NCBI GenBank assembly: GCA_964354595.1
Contig: CAYHAR010000001.1
Span: forward strand, 1 to 54,061
Length of the DNA stretch: 54,061 nucleotides
Direction: 5' to 3'
From: an uncultured Anaerolineae bacterium
GTDB taxonomy: Bacteria > Chloroflexota > Anaerolineae > Fen-1058
Shown: positions 1 to 10,797 of the stretch, piece by piece
Position numbering within the stretch: position 1 is the first letter of the stretch
How the letters are laid out: each line of letters starts with the position of its first letter
Notes under the pieces: model-generated
Told to the model about the DNA's origin: nothing
What the model saw: the letters and a program-made list of their open reading frames with translations, nothing else
Databases searched by the model: none
Position numbers and translations under genes: made by a program

Positions 1-1401
1 CAGGTCATACCTGGCGCGTTGTTTGTCGCCTATCGCGGCGTCAGTGTGGACGGCCGCCGCTTTATTGACGACGCCGTGCGCCGCGGCGCAGCGGCGGTCG
101 TCGGAGAACGCGAGTTCCCAGTTCCCCCAGTTCCCTATCTTTGTGTTTCGGATGCGCGCCAAGCTTTGGCTTACTTGTGCGCGCGCTGGCACAACTTTCC
201 CGCTCGCAAGCTGGTGATGATCGGCGTCACCGGCACGGATGGCAAAACGACGACGACTAACCTCATTCACAGCCTCCTCGGGGCGGCGGGCATCAATGCG
301 GGCATGATGAGCACGGTCAACGTTTTCATCGGCGGGCGATCTTTCGATACAGGCTTGCACACTACCACGCCCGATGCGCCGGATGTGCAACAGTATCTCG
401 CCCAGATGGTTGAGGCGGGCCAGACGCATTGCGTGTTGGAAACCACTTCGCATGGGCTGGCGCAGCATCGCGTGGACGCTTGCGAGTTTGACATCGGCGT
501 GGTGACCAACATTACGCACGAGCATCTGGATATTCATGGCTCATTCGAGGCATACCGCGCGGCCAAAGCGCGGCTGTTTGAGATGGTCGCCGCCTCGGCG
601 CGCAAAGGCATTCCCAAGACGGCTGTCCTCAACTCTGATGACCCGTCTTACGATTTCTTGCGCCAGTTCAAGGCCGACGTGGAACTGAGCTACGGCATGG
701 CGATGTGCGCGCTCGTCAGCACGCGCGATGTGCGGTACAAGCCGGATGCCACGCGCTTTGTCGCCGTCACGCCGGCAGGACGCATCCGGCTGCAAACGCC
801 GCTCGTCGGCGAGCATAACGTGCTCAATGTGCTGGCCGCGGTCAGCGTGGGACTGGCGCTGAGGCTACCCCTCGAAGCGATACAGCGCGGCGTGGCGTCC
901 ATGCCGCCCGTGCCTGGCCGCTGGGAGCGGATTGACGAAGGTCAAGATTTTCTAGCGGTTGTGGATTTTGCTCACACGCCCAACGCGCTTGAGAAGGCGT
1001 TGTTGGCGGCGCGCCGGATGACAAAGGGCCAAGTCGTTGTCGCGTTTGGCTCGGCGGGCTTGCGTGATGTGGAGAAGCGTGGATTGATGGGACACGTCGC
1101 AGGCAAGCTGGCCGATAAAATCGTCATCACCGCCGAAGACCCGCGCACCGAATCGTTGGACGACATCATGGCGGCGATTGCTCAAGCCGTCGCGGCGGAG
1201 GGGAAACGCGAGGGCCAAGACTTTTATCGCATCGGCGACCGGGCCGAAGCGATCCGCTTTGCCGTAGGATTGGCGCGACCGGGCGACGTGGTCATGTCGT
1301 GCGGCAAAGGTCACGAGCAATCCATGTGCTTTGGCGCGACCGAGTATCCCTGGGACGATCGTGAGGCTATGCGCGACGCATTGCGAAGGACAAAAGATTA
1401 G
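1..1401 (+). CDS. murE: UDP-N-acetylmuramoyl-tripeptide synthetase MurE (5' end cut by window edge)
   Basis: Frame 1 is open from nt 1 (QVIPGALFVAYRG...). Mur-ligase P-loop GVTGTDGKTTT, DFAHTPNAL and C-terminal SCGKGHE motifs are present. ORF track gives 19..1401. Confidence 0.85.
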   Translation, partial: QVIPGALFVAYRGVSVDGRRFIDDAVRRGAAAVVGEREFPVPPVPYLCVSDARQALAYLCARWHNFPARKLVMIGVTGTDGKTTTTNLIHSLLGAAGINAGMMSTVNVFIGGRSFDTGLHTTTPDAPDVQQYLAQMVEAGQTHCVLETTSHGLAQHRVDACEFDIGVVTNITHEHLDIHGSFEAYRAAKARLFEMVAASARKGIPKTAVLNSDDPSYDFLRQFKADVELSYGMAMCALVSTRDVRYKPDATRFVAVTPAGRIRLQTPLVGEHNVLNVLAAVSVGLALRLPLEAIQRGVASMPPVPGRWERIDEGQDFLAVVDFAHTPNALEKALLAARRMTKGQVVVAFGSAGLRDVEKRGLMGHVAGKLADKIVITAEDPRTESLDDIMAAIAQAVAAEGKREGQDFYRIGDRAEAIRFAVGLARPGDVVMSCGKGHEQSMCFGATEYPWDDREAMRDALRRTKD

Positions 1402-1409
1402 GGTAGAAT

Positions 1410-2357
1410 GTGCCCGCCATGAAGACTCTCGATCTCGCCATTGTCATCGTCAACTGGAACACGCGCGACCTGCTGCGTGACTGCCTCGCCAGTGTCTATG
1501 CAAATCATGACCTGGATTTTCGGGTTTGTGTGGTGGATAATGCCTCTACCGATGGCAGCGTCGAGACGGTTGAGCGCGAGTTTCCACAGGCGCGCGTCAT
1601 CCGCAGCCTTCGCAACGGTGGCTTTGCTTACGCCAACAACTTGGGACTAAAGACTTGGGGCTTGGGGGAACGCGGGGCGGAGAGCGGCGAGCGCGGAGAA
1701 AGTGACGACGTTCCGCGTTATGCGTTGCTCCTCAACTCTGATACCGTCGTTCCGCCGGACGGGTTGACGCAGATGATTGCGTTCATGGATGCTCGCCCGG
1801 AAGCCGGCGTGGCCGGCCCCAAGCTCGTTCGGCTCGATGGAAGCATGGACCTGGCTTGTCGCCGCAGTTTTCCCACGCCGGAAAGCTCTTTTTACCACTT
1901 TATGGGCCTGAGCCAATTATTTCCAAAGAGTTCACGTTTCGGTCGCTACGATCTCACCTATCTCGATCCTGACCAATTGGCCGAAGTGGACAGCGTCAAT
2001 GGCGCGTTTATGACTGTGCGCGCCCAGGCCATTGAGCAGGCCGGGTTGCTCGATGAGAACTTTTTCTTCGGCGGCGAAGATTTAGATTGGGCTTTTCGCA
2101 TCAAGGCGGCGGGCTGGAAGATTTACTACAATCCGGCGGTCGTCGTCCAGCATGTCAAGCGGGCGTCGTATCGCCACAACCCGCAAGCCGCGTACGAGTT
2201 CGAGCGCGCGATGTGGCTTTTCTACCGCAAGCATTACCAGGCGACCACGCCGCGCTGGCTGAACGCGTTGATCTGCCTGGGATTGGCGCTGCGCGGGGGA
2301 ATGCCCCTGGCGCGTGAAATGTTGAGCAAGCCTGGAGCATCGGAAGGTGCGCGATGA
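1410..2357 (+). CDS. family 2 glycosyltransferase
   Basis: N-terminal IVIVNWN...VVDNASTDGS and FAYANNLG...LLLNSD...GGEDLDW are typical of GT2. Stop overlaps the next gene's start (ATGA at 2354..2357). Carries an in-frame Gly/Glu/Arg-rich insertion at 1653..1709. Confidence 0.8.
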   Translation: MPAMKTLDLAIVIVNWNTRDLLRDCLASVYANHDLDFRVCVVDNASTDGSVETVEREFPQARVIRSLRNGGFAYANNLGLKTWGLGERGAESGERGESDDVPRYALLLNSDTVVPPDGLTQMIAFMDARPEAGVAGPKLVRLDGSMDLACRRSFPTPESSFYHFMGLSQLFPKSSRFGRYDLTYLDPDQLAEVDSVNGAFMTVRAQAIEQAGLLDENFFFGGEDLDWAFRIKAAGWKIYYNPAVVVQHVKRASYRHNPQAAYEFERAMWLFYRKHYQATTPRWLNALICLGLALRGGMPLAREMLSKPGASEGAR

Positions 2358-3781
2358 AAAAAGATCGGATGAAAGCCTTGTTCGCCGTTATGTTGGCCGT
2401 CAGCGATATGCTGATGGCGATGTTGGCGTTCGTGTTGGCCTACTATATCCGCCGCGAGGTGCACTGGCCCAACCAGCCGCAAAACCTGGCGCCCCTGCAA
2501 AGTTACCTGTGGATGCTCGCCGTCCAGGTCGTTTCGATTCTTATTGTCTTTTTCCTTTATCGTCTGTATCACCAGCGGCGCGCAGTGTCGCGCGTGGATG
2601 AATTCTATGCAGTCTTTGGCGCGGTGTCTATCGGCATGATGATGTCTGTGGCTGTTTCTGCATTGACGTTCAAGAACAGCGCGTTGGAGCCGGATTTTTC
2701 GCGCGTGATGATCATTTACGCCTGGATGCTGACGATTGCGCTGGTGATGGCGGGGCGCATCGTTCATCGTTCACTCCAGGCGCGCGCGCGCAACGTAGGG
2801 TGGGGGCGAGATCGTGTGCTCTTGGTGGGCACGGGCGACGTGGCTCAGATGATTTTGCAGAAAATCCAGTGGTCGCCCTGGCTGGCGTATGAGGTGGTTG
2901 GTCTGGTTGCCAAGAATGGCAATGGCAGCCATCCACCGGAAAACATCTTGGGCGCGCCCGTGCTGGGCACCACGGACGATTTGCCCCGGCTGATTGACGA
3001 GCGCGGCATTCACGAAGTCATCATCGCCTTGCCGGAAGCTAGCCACCAGGAGACTTTGGGCATCATTGCGCTGTGCGACCGAGGCTCGATCAGCGTCAAA
3101 GTTTTTCCCGATGTGTTCCAGTTCATCGCCGGTCAGGTGACGATTGACGACCTGGGCGGCTTGCCGCTGCTGGCCGTGCGCGACGTGGCGCTGCGCGGCT
3201 GGAAGCTCGCTCTCAAGCGCGCCGTAGACGTCATAGGCAGTGTCGTGTTGCTGGTGTTGTTTTCGCCGTTCATGCTGCTGGTGGCGATCTTGATCAAGCT
3301 TGAATCGCCCGGCCCCGTCTTTTACGCGCAGGAACGCATGGGCTTGGACGCGCGTCCGTTCCTGATGCTCAAGTTCCGCTCGATGCGGCAGGATGCGGAA
3401 AGCGAGACCGGGCCGGTGTGGGCCAAGCCGGGCGACACGCGCCGCACGCGGCTGGGCGCGATCATCCGCAAGGTCTCGATTGACGAATTGCCCCAGTTCA
3501 TCAACGTCCTCCTCGGCGATATGAGCCTGGTGGGCCCGCGCCCCGAGCGGCCGGCGTTCGTCGAGCAATTCCGCCAGAGCATCCCCCGCTACATGGATCG
3601 CCACCGGGAAAAGGCCGGCTGCACCGGCTGGGCGCAGGTCAACGGATTGCGCGGCGATACCTCGATCACCGAGCGAACCAAGTACGACCTGTGGTACATT
3701 GAAAACTGGTCGTTGCTGCTGGATTTCAAGATCATGCTTCGCACGGCGCTCAGGGCGTTCAACGACCGGAACGCTTACTAG
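2354..3781 (+). CDS. polyprenyl-phosphate sugar-1-phosphate transferase (WbaP/EpsL-like bacterial sugar transferase)
   Basis: N-terminal TM helices, a central CoA-binding-like domain (VLLVGTGDVA), and a C-terminal catalytic block (KFRSM...DELPQFINVLLGDMSLVGPRPERP...DLWYIENWSL). Confidence 0.85.
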   Translation: MKKDRMKALFAVMLAVSDMLMAMLAFVLAYYIRREVHWPNQPQNLAPLQSYLWMLAVQVVSILIVFFLYRLYHQRRAVSRVDEFYAVFGAVSIGMMMSVAVSALTFKNSALEPDFSRVMIIYAWMLTIALVMAGRIVHRSLQARARNVGWGRDRVLLVGTGDVAQMILQKIQWSPWLAYEVVGLVAKNGNGSHPPENILGAPVLGTTDDLPRLIDERGIHEVIIALPEASHQETLGIIALCDRGSISVKVFPDVFQFIAGQVTIDDLGGLPLLAVRDVALRGWKLALKRAVDVIGSVVLLVLFSPFMLLVAILIKLESPGPVFYAQERMGLDARPFLMLKFRSMRQDAESETGPVWAKPGDTRRTRLGAIIRKVSIDELPQFINVLLGDMSLVGPRPERPAFVEQFRQSIPRYMDRHREKAGCTGWAQVNGLRGDTSITERTKYDLWYIENWSLLLDFKIMLRTALRAFNDRNAY

Positions 3782-3782
3782 C

Positions 3783-4397
3783 ATGAGTCAGTCTCCGCGC
3801 TGGGCAGCTGGTCATCAGGTTGTGTATCGAAAAGTCTGGCGAGGCAAGGTGTGGACGGCCAGACCCGTCACCGTTGTTCAAGATACGCTTGATGGGGTGG
3901 CCCTTTACCTGCGCTCGGGCACGCGCTGGAAGCTCCCGGCCTGAAGCGGAGACCTGTTTCTTGGCTTTTTGCAAATAGGCGACTGGCAACTCCGGGATGT
4001 CATTGCCGGGGCGCACACTCTCTTTCTCATTCCTCCCGGCGCGGCGTATGCGGTGCATGTCATCTGGGGACGAGAAAGCAAGTTCGTGGGCTGGTACGTC
4101 AACCTGCAAGAACCGTTGCGTCGGACAGCCATCGGCTTTGACTTTATGGACCACGTCTTGGATATTGTGGTCAAGCCGGATTTGTCCGAGTGGACCTGGA
4201 AAGATCAAGGCGATCTGCAGCGAGCGCACGAAATGGGTCTATTCTCTGCGCGCCAAGCCCGTGCGATTAGAGCCGAAGGGGAACGCGTCGTCGAGCGTAT
4301 ACGAACGAAAGCATCTCCATTCAGTAACGGGTGGGAGCATTGGGCGCCGCCTGAATGGCCTATCCCAGAGTCGCCGGCAGGATGGGATAAGCTCTAG
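3783..4397 (+). pseudogene. DUF402-family (Ntdp/FomD-like) gene interrupted by an in-frame TGA at 3942..3944
   Basis: ATG at 3783 (MSQSPRWAAGHQVVYRKVW...GTRWKLPA), TGA at 3942..3944, then the same frame continues (SGDLFLGFLQIGDWQL...GWYVNLQEP...MDHVLDIVVKPD...). Together they reconstitute one ~200 aa DUF402-like protein. ORF track pieces 3699..3944 and 3969..4397 share frame 0. Confidence 0.55.
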
Positions 4398-4742
4398 ACG
4401 GTGATTCCCGAGTAGCCAAGCTACCTCTTCGACACGCTGCTTGGCATGTCCTTCCACATCCGATCTGGAGCACAATGACTAGGCGGATAGTACACGCGCG
4501 TATACTTGCCTTTCCCTACGCCGACTCGCTGCAGAGTGCCCGGCTGGACGCGCTTCACCAAGAGTCCCGCGGCAAACGCTGTGACCTCGTCATAGACTAT
4601 CATGAGCTCTGCCAACTGGCCCCGCCTGAATTGTCTATCTGCGACGGACAACCCTGCGAGCGAGTGCAGGGGTGCTACGTCTTGCGCCGCCTGCGGTTTA
4701 TCGGCGTGAGATGGTTAAAGCCCATCGGTCTCTACACTCAGC

Positions 4743-5432
4743 TTGATGCGCTCCCGCTCGACCATGGCGCTCGCAGCCTGCGCGGCATACTTTATTGCAG
4801 CCCTCCAGGTCAAGAGGCTTGGTATTTGCTTTTCAACGGCTTGGCATTGCGTACAAGAGGATCGCTCAGGGACAACCGAGCCAGTTGCCCTTGTGCGCGA
4901 TTGGCCGCCGCCCCCGCCGCTTCCGGCGCGGCTCGTGCCCGAACCCCGGCAATTACATCGTCGCTATGGCGGCGATCCCATCACCATCCGATTGGACGCT
5001 CGCGTCTACCATCAACGTCTCTTTGTTGGGGGAGTAGATTGCCAGAGTGGGCAGCGACCCGCTGTAGATGCTGTCCTGAACGTGGGCGAGGAGCCAAGTC
5101 GGTGGGTTACGGCCGAGCAGCCTCACCCCGCTGATCGCTGGGGCTGCAAAGGCGAGGGGCAACACGGGATGGATGTGGCCGAGATTACTCGAGAAGCGCA
5201 ATGGGTCATTGAGCGTTTACGCGCGGGGCAACGGGTGCTGGTGCACTGCTCGGCCGGTCTGAATCGGTCGGTGACCATTTGCTGTGCTGCGTTGATCCTA
5301 CTCGAAAGAGTCTCGGCCGAGGCGGCCCTGGAGTGGGTCCGTGAACATCATCCCTGGGCGCGGCCCGATACTCATCATTGGCTCGCCTTGCGCTGGCTGG
5401 CGCACATGTCCGGCGCACCCACGCAGCGCTGA
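4743..5432 (+). CDS. dual-specificity / tyrosine protein phosphatase (start uncertain)
   Basis: Cys-phosphatase signature VHCSAGLNRS (HCxxGxxRS), preceded by RLFVGG...DAVLNVGEE. The first ~40 codons of the ORF-track model look off-frame. Alternative GTG start at 4893. The region overlaps the frame-2 ORF 4475..5134 (see findings). Confidence 0.65.
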   Translation: MMRSRSTMALAACAAYFIAALQVKRLGICFSTAWHCVQEDRSGTTEPVALVRDWPPPPPLPARLVPEPRQLHRRYGGDPITIRLDARVYHQRLFVGGVDCQSGQRPAVDAVLNVGEEPSRWVTAEQPHPADRWGCKGEGQHGMDVAEITREAQWVIERLRAGQRVLVHCSAGLNRSVTICCAALILLERVSAEAALEWVREHHPWARPDTHHWLALRWLAHMSGAPTQR

Positions 5433-5476
5433 AAGACAGGACGCCGTTCCCGAACCGTGCGGGATCATCAAGACCT

Positions 5477-6136
5477 ATGAAACACGTTCTACGCGCTGTT
5501 ATCCTTGCCAATGGCGTCGCGCCGGACGCGGCAATGGTTCGCCGCTGGCTGCAGCCGGACGACGGGACACAAGCCCGGTTGATCTGCGCCGACGGCGGCG
5601 CGCGCACTGCGTTGGCGCTGGACCTCAAGCCGGACGTGGTCGTGGGCGACCTGGATTCGCTCGACAAGGCGATGCAAGCGCGGCTGGGAGAGATAGGCTG
5701 CCGGCTTGTGGTCTATCCGGCTGCCAAAGACTGGACTGATTTGGAGCTGGCGCTCCAGTTAGCCGTTCAAGAGGGCGCGACGGAGATCGTCATCCTCGGC
5801 GCATTGGGCGGGCGGCTCGATCAAGAGTTGGCCAACATTCTGCTGTTGCTCTTGCCAGAACTCGAAAACGTTCCGACGCGGATTGTGGACGACCGGCAAG
5901 AGATGTTTGTCACGCGCAGCCAGGCAGAGGTTGTGGGGCAGTCCGGAGACATTGTCTCGCTCATTCCGCTGTGCGGCGATGCGCAGGGCATCGTCACCGA
6001 GGGGTTGTTGTATCCGCTCTGCGATGAGCCGCTGGTGAGCGGCCCGGCGCGCGGCATCAGCAACGTGATGACGGGTCAAGCCGCGCGCGTGACCCTCCGA
6101 AGCGGAACGCTACTTGTCATTCACTCGCTCGCATAA
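5477..6136 (+). CDS. thiN: thiamine pyrophosphokinase
   Basis: MKHVLRAVILANG...ICADGGA...VVGDLDSL...ILGALGGRLDQ are typical TPK motifs. I chose the internal ATG at 5477 so the gene does not overlap the phosphatase stop at 5432. Confidence 0.8.
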   Translation: MKHVLRAVILANGVAPDAAMVRRWLQPDDGTQARLICADGGARTALALDLKPDVVVGDLDSLDKAMQARLGEIGCRLVVYPAAKDWTDLELALQLAVQEGATEIVILGALGGRLDQELANILLLLLPELENVPTRIVDDRQEMFVTRSQAEVVGQSGDIVSLIPLCGDAQGIVTEGLLYPLCDEPLVSGPARGISNVMTGQAARVTLRSGTLLVIHSLA

Positions 6137-6597
6137 TCTTCCAGCAACCGCTTGACTCCCTCAGCTTCAGGAGCGCCCAGGCGAGCCAAGATTTCCCGTG
6201 CGCGCTCCAGCGTTTCGATTTGCGTGTCACCTTCCAATAGCCAGGCTTCTTCGACCAGCGTCAAAGCCAGCTCGCGCGCGCAGCCCAGTTCTTGCAGGAT
6301 GGCCTTGCTTTGGGCTAGGTATTCTGCTGCATCGCGTTGTTGCGCTTGTTCGATGGCGATCTGCCCCATCACGCGATGGACGATTCCTTCTTCCAGCCGG
6401 TCGCCGGTCTGGCGCGCATAGTCCAACGCGCGCTCGCCGTGTTGACGCGCGCGAGGCAGGTCGTTGGTCGCCAAATATCTCGCCGCTAACTGGCGATGCG
6501 TTTGTGAGTCTTGCACCGCGCTCGATCCTTCAGGCTGCGGGAGGCGGCCTTGCGCCATTGCCATGGAGCAGGGCAGGGCGATGGGCGAGGTTCTCAA
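6121..6597 (-). CDS. TPR-like repeat protein
   Basis: Helical Ala/Leu/Gln-rich repeats (ARYLATNDLPRARQHGERALDYARQTGD...). Lies downstream of rpoD on the same strand. Its 3' end overlaps thiN convergently by 16 nt. Confidence 0.45.
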   Translation of the reverse strand: MRTSPIALPCSMAMAQGRLPQPEGSSAVQDSQTHRQLAARYLATNDLPRARQHGERALDYARQTGDRLEEGIVHRVMGQIAIEQAQQRDAAEYLAQSKAILQELGCARELALTLVEEAWLLEGDTQIETLERAREILARLGAPEAEGVKRLLEDYASE

Positions 6598-6637
6598 ATC
6601 ATGCGTATACTGGTAACTGATTACTGATCACTGACCA

Positions 6638-8353
<1,716 letters not shown>

Positions 8354-8395
8354 GTCGCCCGCAGCCGCATAACGCGAAGCGTGTGACAGCTTCTT

Positions 8396-10300
8396 TTAGG
8401 CCACTGTCCGACGCCACGGGTCGGTCGTGCTCAATCGGGCTGTCTCGCCGGGCCAGCGGGCCTTTTGCAAACGGTTGATGGCAATAGCGTTGCGATGTCC
8501 CTGCTCGCCCAATTCGTGTACAGAGTCGGCCTCTCCCTGTTCTTCTGCCTCGCGTGTCAAAACATTCAGTTCTTCTTTCTTGCGCTTAAGGTTACGTTCG
8601 CGCAAGAGCAACGCACTCTGTACGGCCTCGCGCGTCCAGTCGGGCGTTTTCAGAGTCGGGAGTGGCAACGCCTTTGCTAAAAGCTCATCTAGATGTATCC
8701 ATAGGTCCCTGTCTAGGAACTCACGGACTTCATCAGAGCCAAATTCTTGTGAATTACGAATAGCTGCCAAGATCTCACGGTGCATTGCATTGTCAAAGTC
8801 GTTGTTGCTCAATGGGTCAAGATCAAGCGATGTTAATGCTTCATCAACTTGGACAAGGCCATAAGCCGACTGCAATAGTGTTATTAGACAATAGGCTTCT
8901 AGATCAGACTCTTTGCTGGTGACTGTTTCAGCCGATCTCTGCCGCCGCGCCTTTGCTTGTATCTTTTGGGTGAGCTGTCGTGTTATAGTGCCTGCATCCA
9001 CACGCAGCACACGCTCTAGCCGCTGAGCATAATAGTCTCGCTCTGCCGGATTAGTCACGTCTTGGATAACCGACATGACCTGGCTCGAAAACGCTGCCCT
9101 TCCTTTGGGGTCTTTTAAGTCGTACGCAGTGGCAAGAGTCTGGATAACATATTCTACTACAGGTAGGGCGTTTTCAACTAATCGTGGCCAACCGGCAGGA
9201 TCAGCACGGATAACCTCATCAGGGTCTTGACCACCGGGCATCACCAATACTCGAATGCTTACACCCAGATGATTTTCGTCGCCAACCAACCCATGTGCAT
9301 CAAATACTGGTGCTGCATCTCGGTCGAGCTTTTCTCGCGCCACATCCAGCCCGCGCAGCATGGCCTGCACACCCGCCACGTCCGGGTCGAGCGCCAGGAC
9401 AAATTTCTTGCACAGCCGGGCGAGCTGGCGAAATTGCGCCTCGGTCAACGCCGTGCCCATCGAGGCGACGACGTTAGCGTAGCCGGCCTGATGCGCGCCG
9501 AGCGCGTCCATGTAGCCTTCGACGACGATGGCATGTCCCGCGCTGCGGATTGCGTTGCGCGCCAGGTCAATGCCGAAAAGAGTATGGCTTTTGTCAAAGA
9601 GCGGCGATTGCGGCGAGTTGAGGTACTTGGGTTCCTCGCCGGTCAACGTCCGCGCGCCAAAACCGATGGTGCGGCCCTTGACATCGCGGATGGGAATCAT
9701 CAGCCGCCCGCGAAAGCGGTCATAGACGCTGCCATCCTCATCGCGCTGAACCAGCAATCCCGCCGAGACCAACTCCTCGCGCGAATAGCCGCGATTCCGC
9801 AAATAGCTTTCCAGCGCGTGCCAGTCGTCCAGGCTGTAGCCGAGCTGGAACTTGACGACGGTTTCGTCGGCGATGCCGCGCTGGGTCAAATGCTCTCGCG
9901 CGATTTGCCCTTGCGGCGATGTGCGCAGCAAGTTGTTCAAGTACGTTGTGGCGGCGGCCAATGCTTCGCGCAGTCGCTCGTTTTGCTTGTCTTCGGCCTC
10001 GGCCTGCGGCGTGCGAGGCTCTAGTTCCACGCCGGCTTTGCGGGCCAGGAACTCTAGCGCCTCGCGGAATTCCAGCCCGTCGCGCTTCATCAAATACGTG
10101 AAAATATCGCCGCCGGTGTTGCACGCGCCAAAGCATTTCCACGTGCCCGTCTCCGGCCAAACGACAAACGACGGTGTGCGCGTGTTGGAATGGAACGGGC
10201 AAAAGCCGGTAAAGCTGCGCCCCGACTTTTTGAGCTTGACCGTCTCCGAGACGAGGTCAACGATATCAATTCGGTTCTTGATCTCGTCTATGACACTCAT
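8396..10300 (-). CDS. dnaG: DNA primase
   Basis: CHC2 zinc finger (FCPFHSNTRTPSFVV...KCFGCNTGGDIFTYLM-like), RNA-polymerase core, and TOPRIM (IVVEGYMDAL). Sits upstream of rpoD as in the classical operon. Confidence 0.9.
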   Translation of the reverse strand: MSVIDEIKNRIDIVDLVSETVKLKKSGRSFTGFCPFHSNTRTPSFVVWPETGTWKCFGACNTGGDIFTYLMKRDGLEFREALEFLARKAGVELEPRTPQAEAEDKQNERLREALAAATTYLNNLLRTSPQGQIAREHLTQRGIADETVVKFQLGYSLDDWHALESYLRNRGYSREELVSAGLLVQRDEDGSVYDRFRGRLMIPIRDVKGRTIGFGARTLTGEEPKYLNSPQSPLFDKSHTLFGIDLARNAIRSAGHAIVVEGYMDALGAHQAGYANVVASMGTALTEAQFRQLARLCKKFVLALDPDVAGVQAMLRGLDVAREKLDRDAAPVFDAHGLVGDENHLGVSIRVLVMPGGQDPDEVIRADPAGWPRLVENALPVVEYVIQTLATAYDLKDPKGRAAFSSQVMSVIQDVTNPAERDYYAQRLERVLRVDAGTITRQLTQKIQAKARRQRSAETVTSKESDLEAYCLITLLQSAYGLVQVDEALTSLDLDPLSNNDFDNAMHREILAAIRNSQEFGSDEVREFLDRDLWIHLDELLAKALPLPTLKTPDWTREAVQSALLLRERNLKRKKEELNVLTREAEEQGEADSVHELGEQGHRNAIAINRLQKARWPGETARLSTTDPWRRTVA

Positions 10301-10356
10301 TTATGACCGCAGACCGCAGACGGCAGACTGCCGCAGCGCAATTCATCCACGAAGGG

Positions 10357-10398
10357 CACGAAGGACACGAAGAACTCTGAATCTTCGTGTCCTTCGTG
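10357..10398. repeat. perfect 17-bp stem hairpin (CACGAAGGACACGAAGA / TCTTCGTGTCCTTCGTG, 8-nt loop) built from tandem ACGAAGG words
   Basis: Arms at 10357..10373 and 10382..10398 are exact reverse complements. Located between the small membrane-protein gene stop (10412) and the dnaG start (10300). No U-tract follows on the transcribed strand. Confidence 0.6.
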
Positions 10399-10411
10399 GA
10401 AGGCGGAGATG

Positions 10412-10693
10412 TTACTTCTCCCAGAAGAACTGCCACTCGCCGACGGCCTGGCCGTTCTTGAGCATCGTGGCGATCTGGTAGGCGTCAATGACGCCGACAA
10501 TCCAGACGATGACCCCGACGCCGATGCACGACAGGAGCAGTGTGGCGACGAGGATGACGATACCCTTTGTCGTCTGGCCCAGGTAAATCTGCCCCGCGCC
10601 GCCCAGGAGCAGCAAACTAAGGACCAGGGCGATGATCGGGTCCTTGGGTGGATTGGCGGGTTGAATCTGGGTCTTGCTCTGAATCAGTGGCAT
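10412..10693 (-). CDS. small membrane protein (TM2-like, two predicted TM helices)
   Basis: Internal ATG at 10693 is preceded by GAAAAGGAGA. Sequence reads MPLIQSK...IIALVLSLLLLGGAGQIYLG...ILVATLLLSCIGVGVIVWIVGVIDA. The longer ORF-track model (to 10876) overlaps the ppdK 3' end and looks off-frame. Confidence 0.55.
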   Translation of the reverse strand: MPLIQSKTQIQPANPPKDPIIALVLSLLLLGGAGQIYLGQTTKGIVILVATLLLSCIGVGVIVWIVGVIDAYQIATMLKNGQAVGEWQFFWEK

Positions 10694-10797
10694 GGCTTTT
10701 TCTCCTTTTCTTATATGAACTAGGTTTGACCGACGCTCCGTCGGCCGTAAACCCTTATGAAGGTTCAGAAACCTTCGCAAGGGTCGAGTTACCATTT

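Noticed and set aside
3942-3944. In-frame TGA of the DUF402 gene as selenocysteine or a genome-wide recoded codon.
   Set aside because: TGA terminates many well-defined genes in this window. No SECIS-like hairpin is evident directly downstream, and the DUF402 family is not known to me as a selenoprotein.
4421-4651. The 76-aa minus-strand ORF between the DUF402 gene and the phosphatase.
   Set aside because: It overlaps the better-looking plus-strand ORF that starts at 4475, which has protein-like composition and high third-position GC. It has no RBS or motif support.
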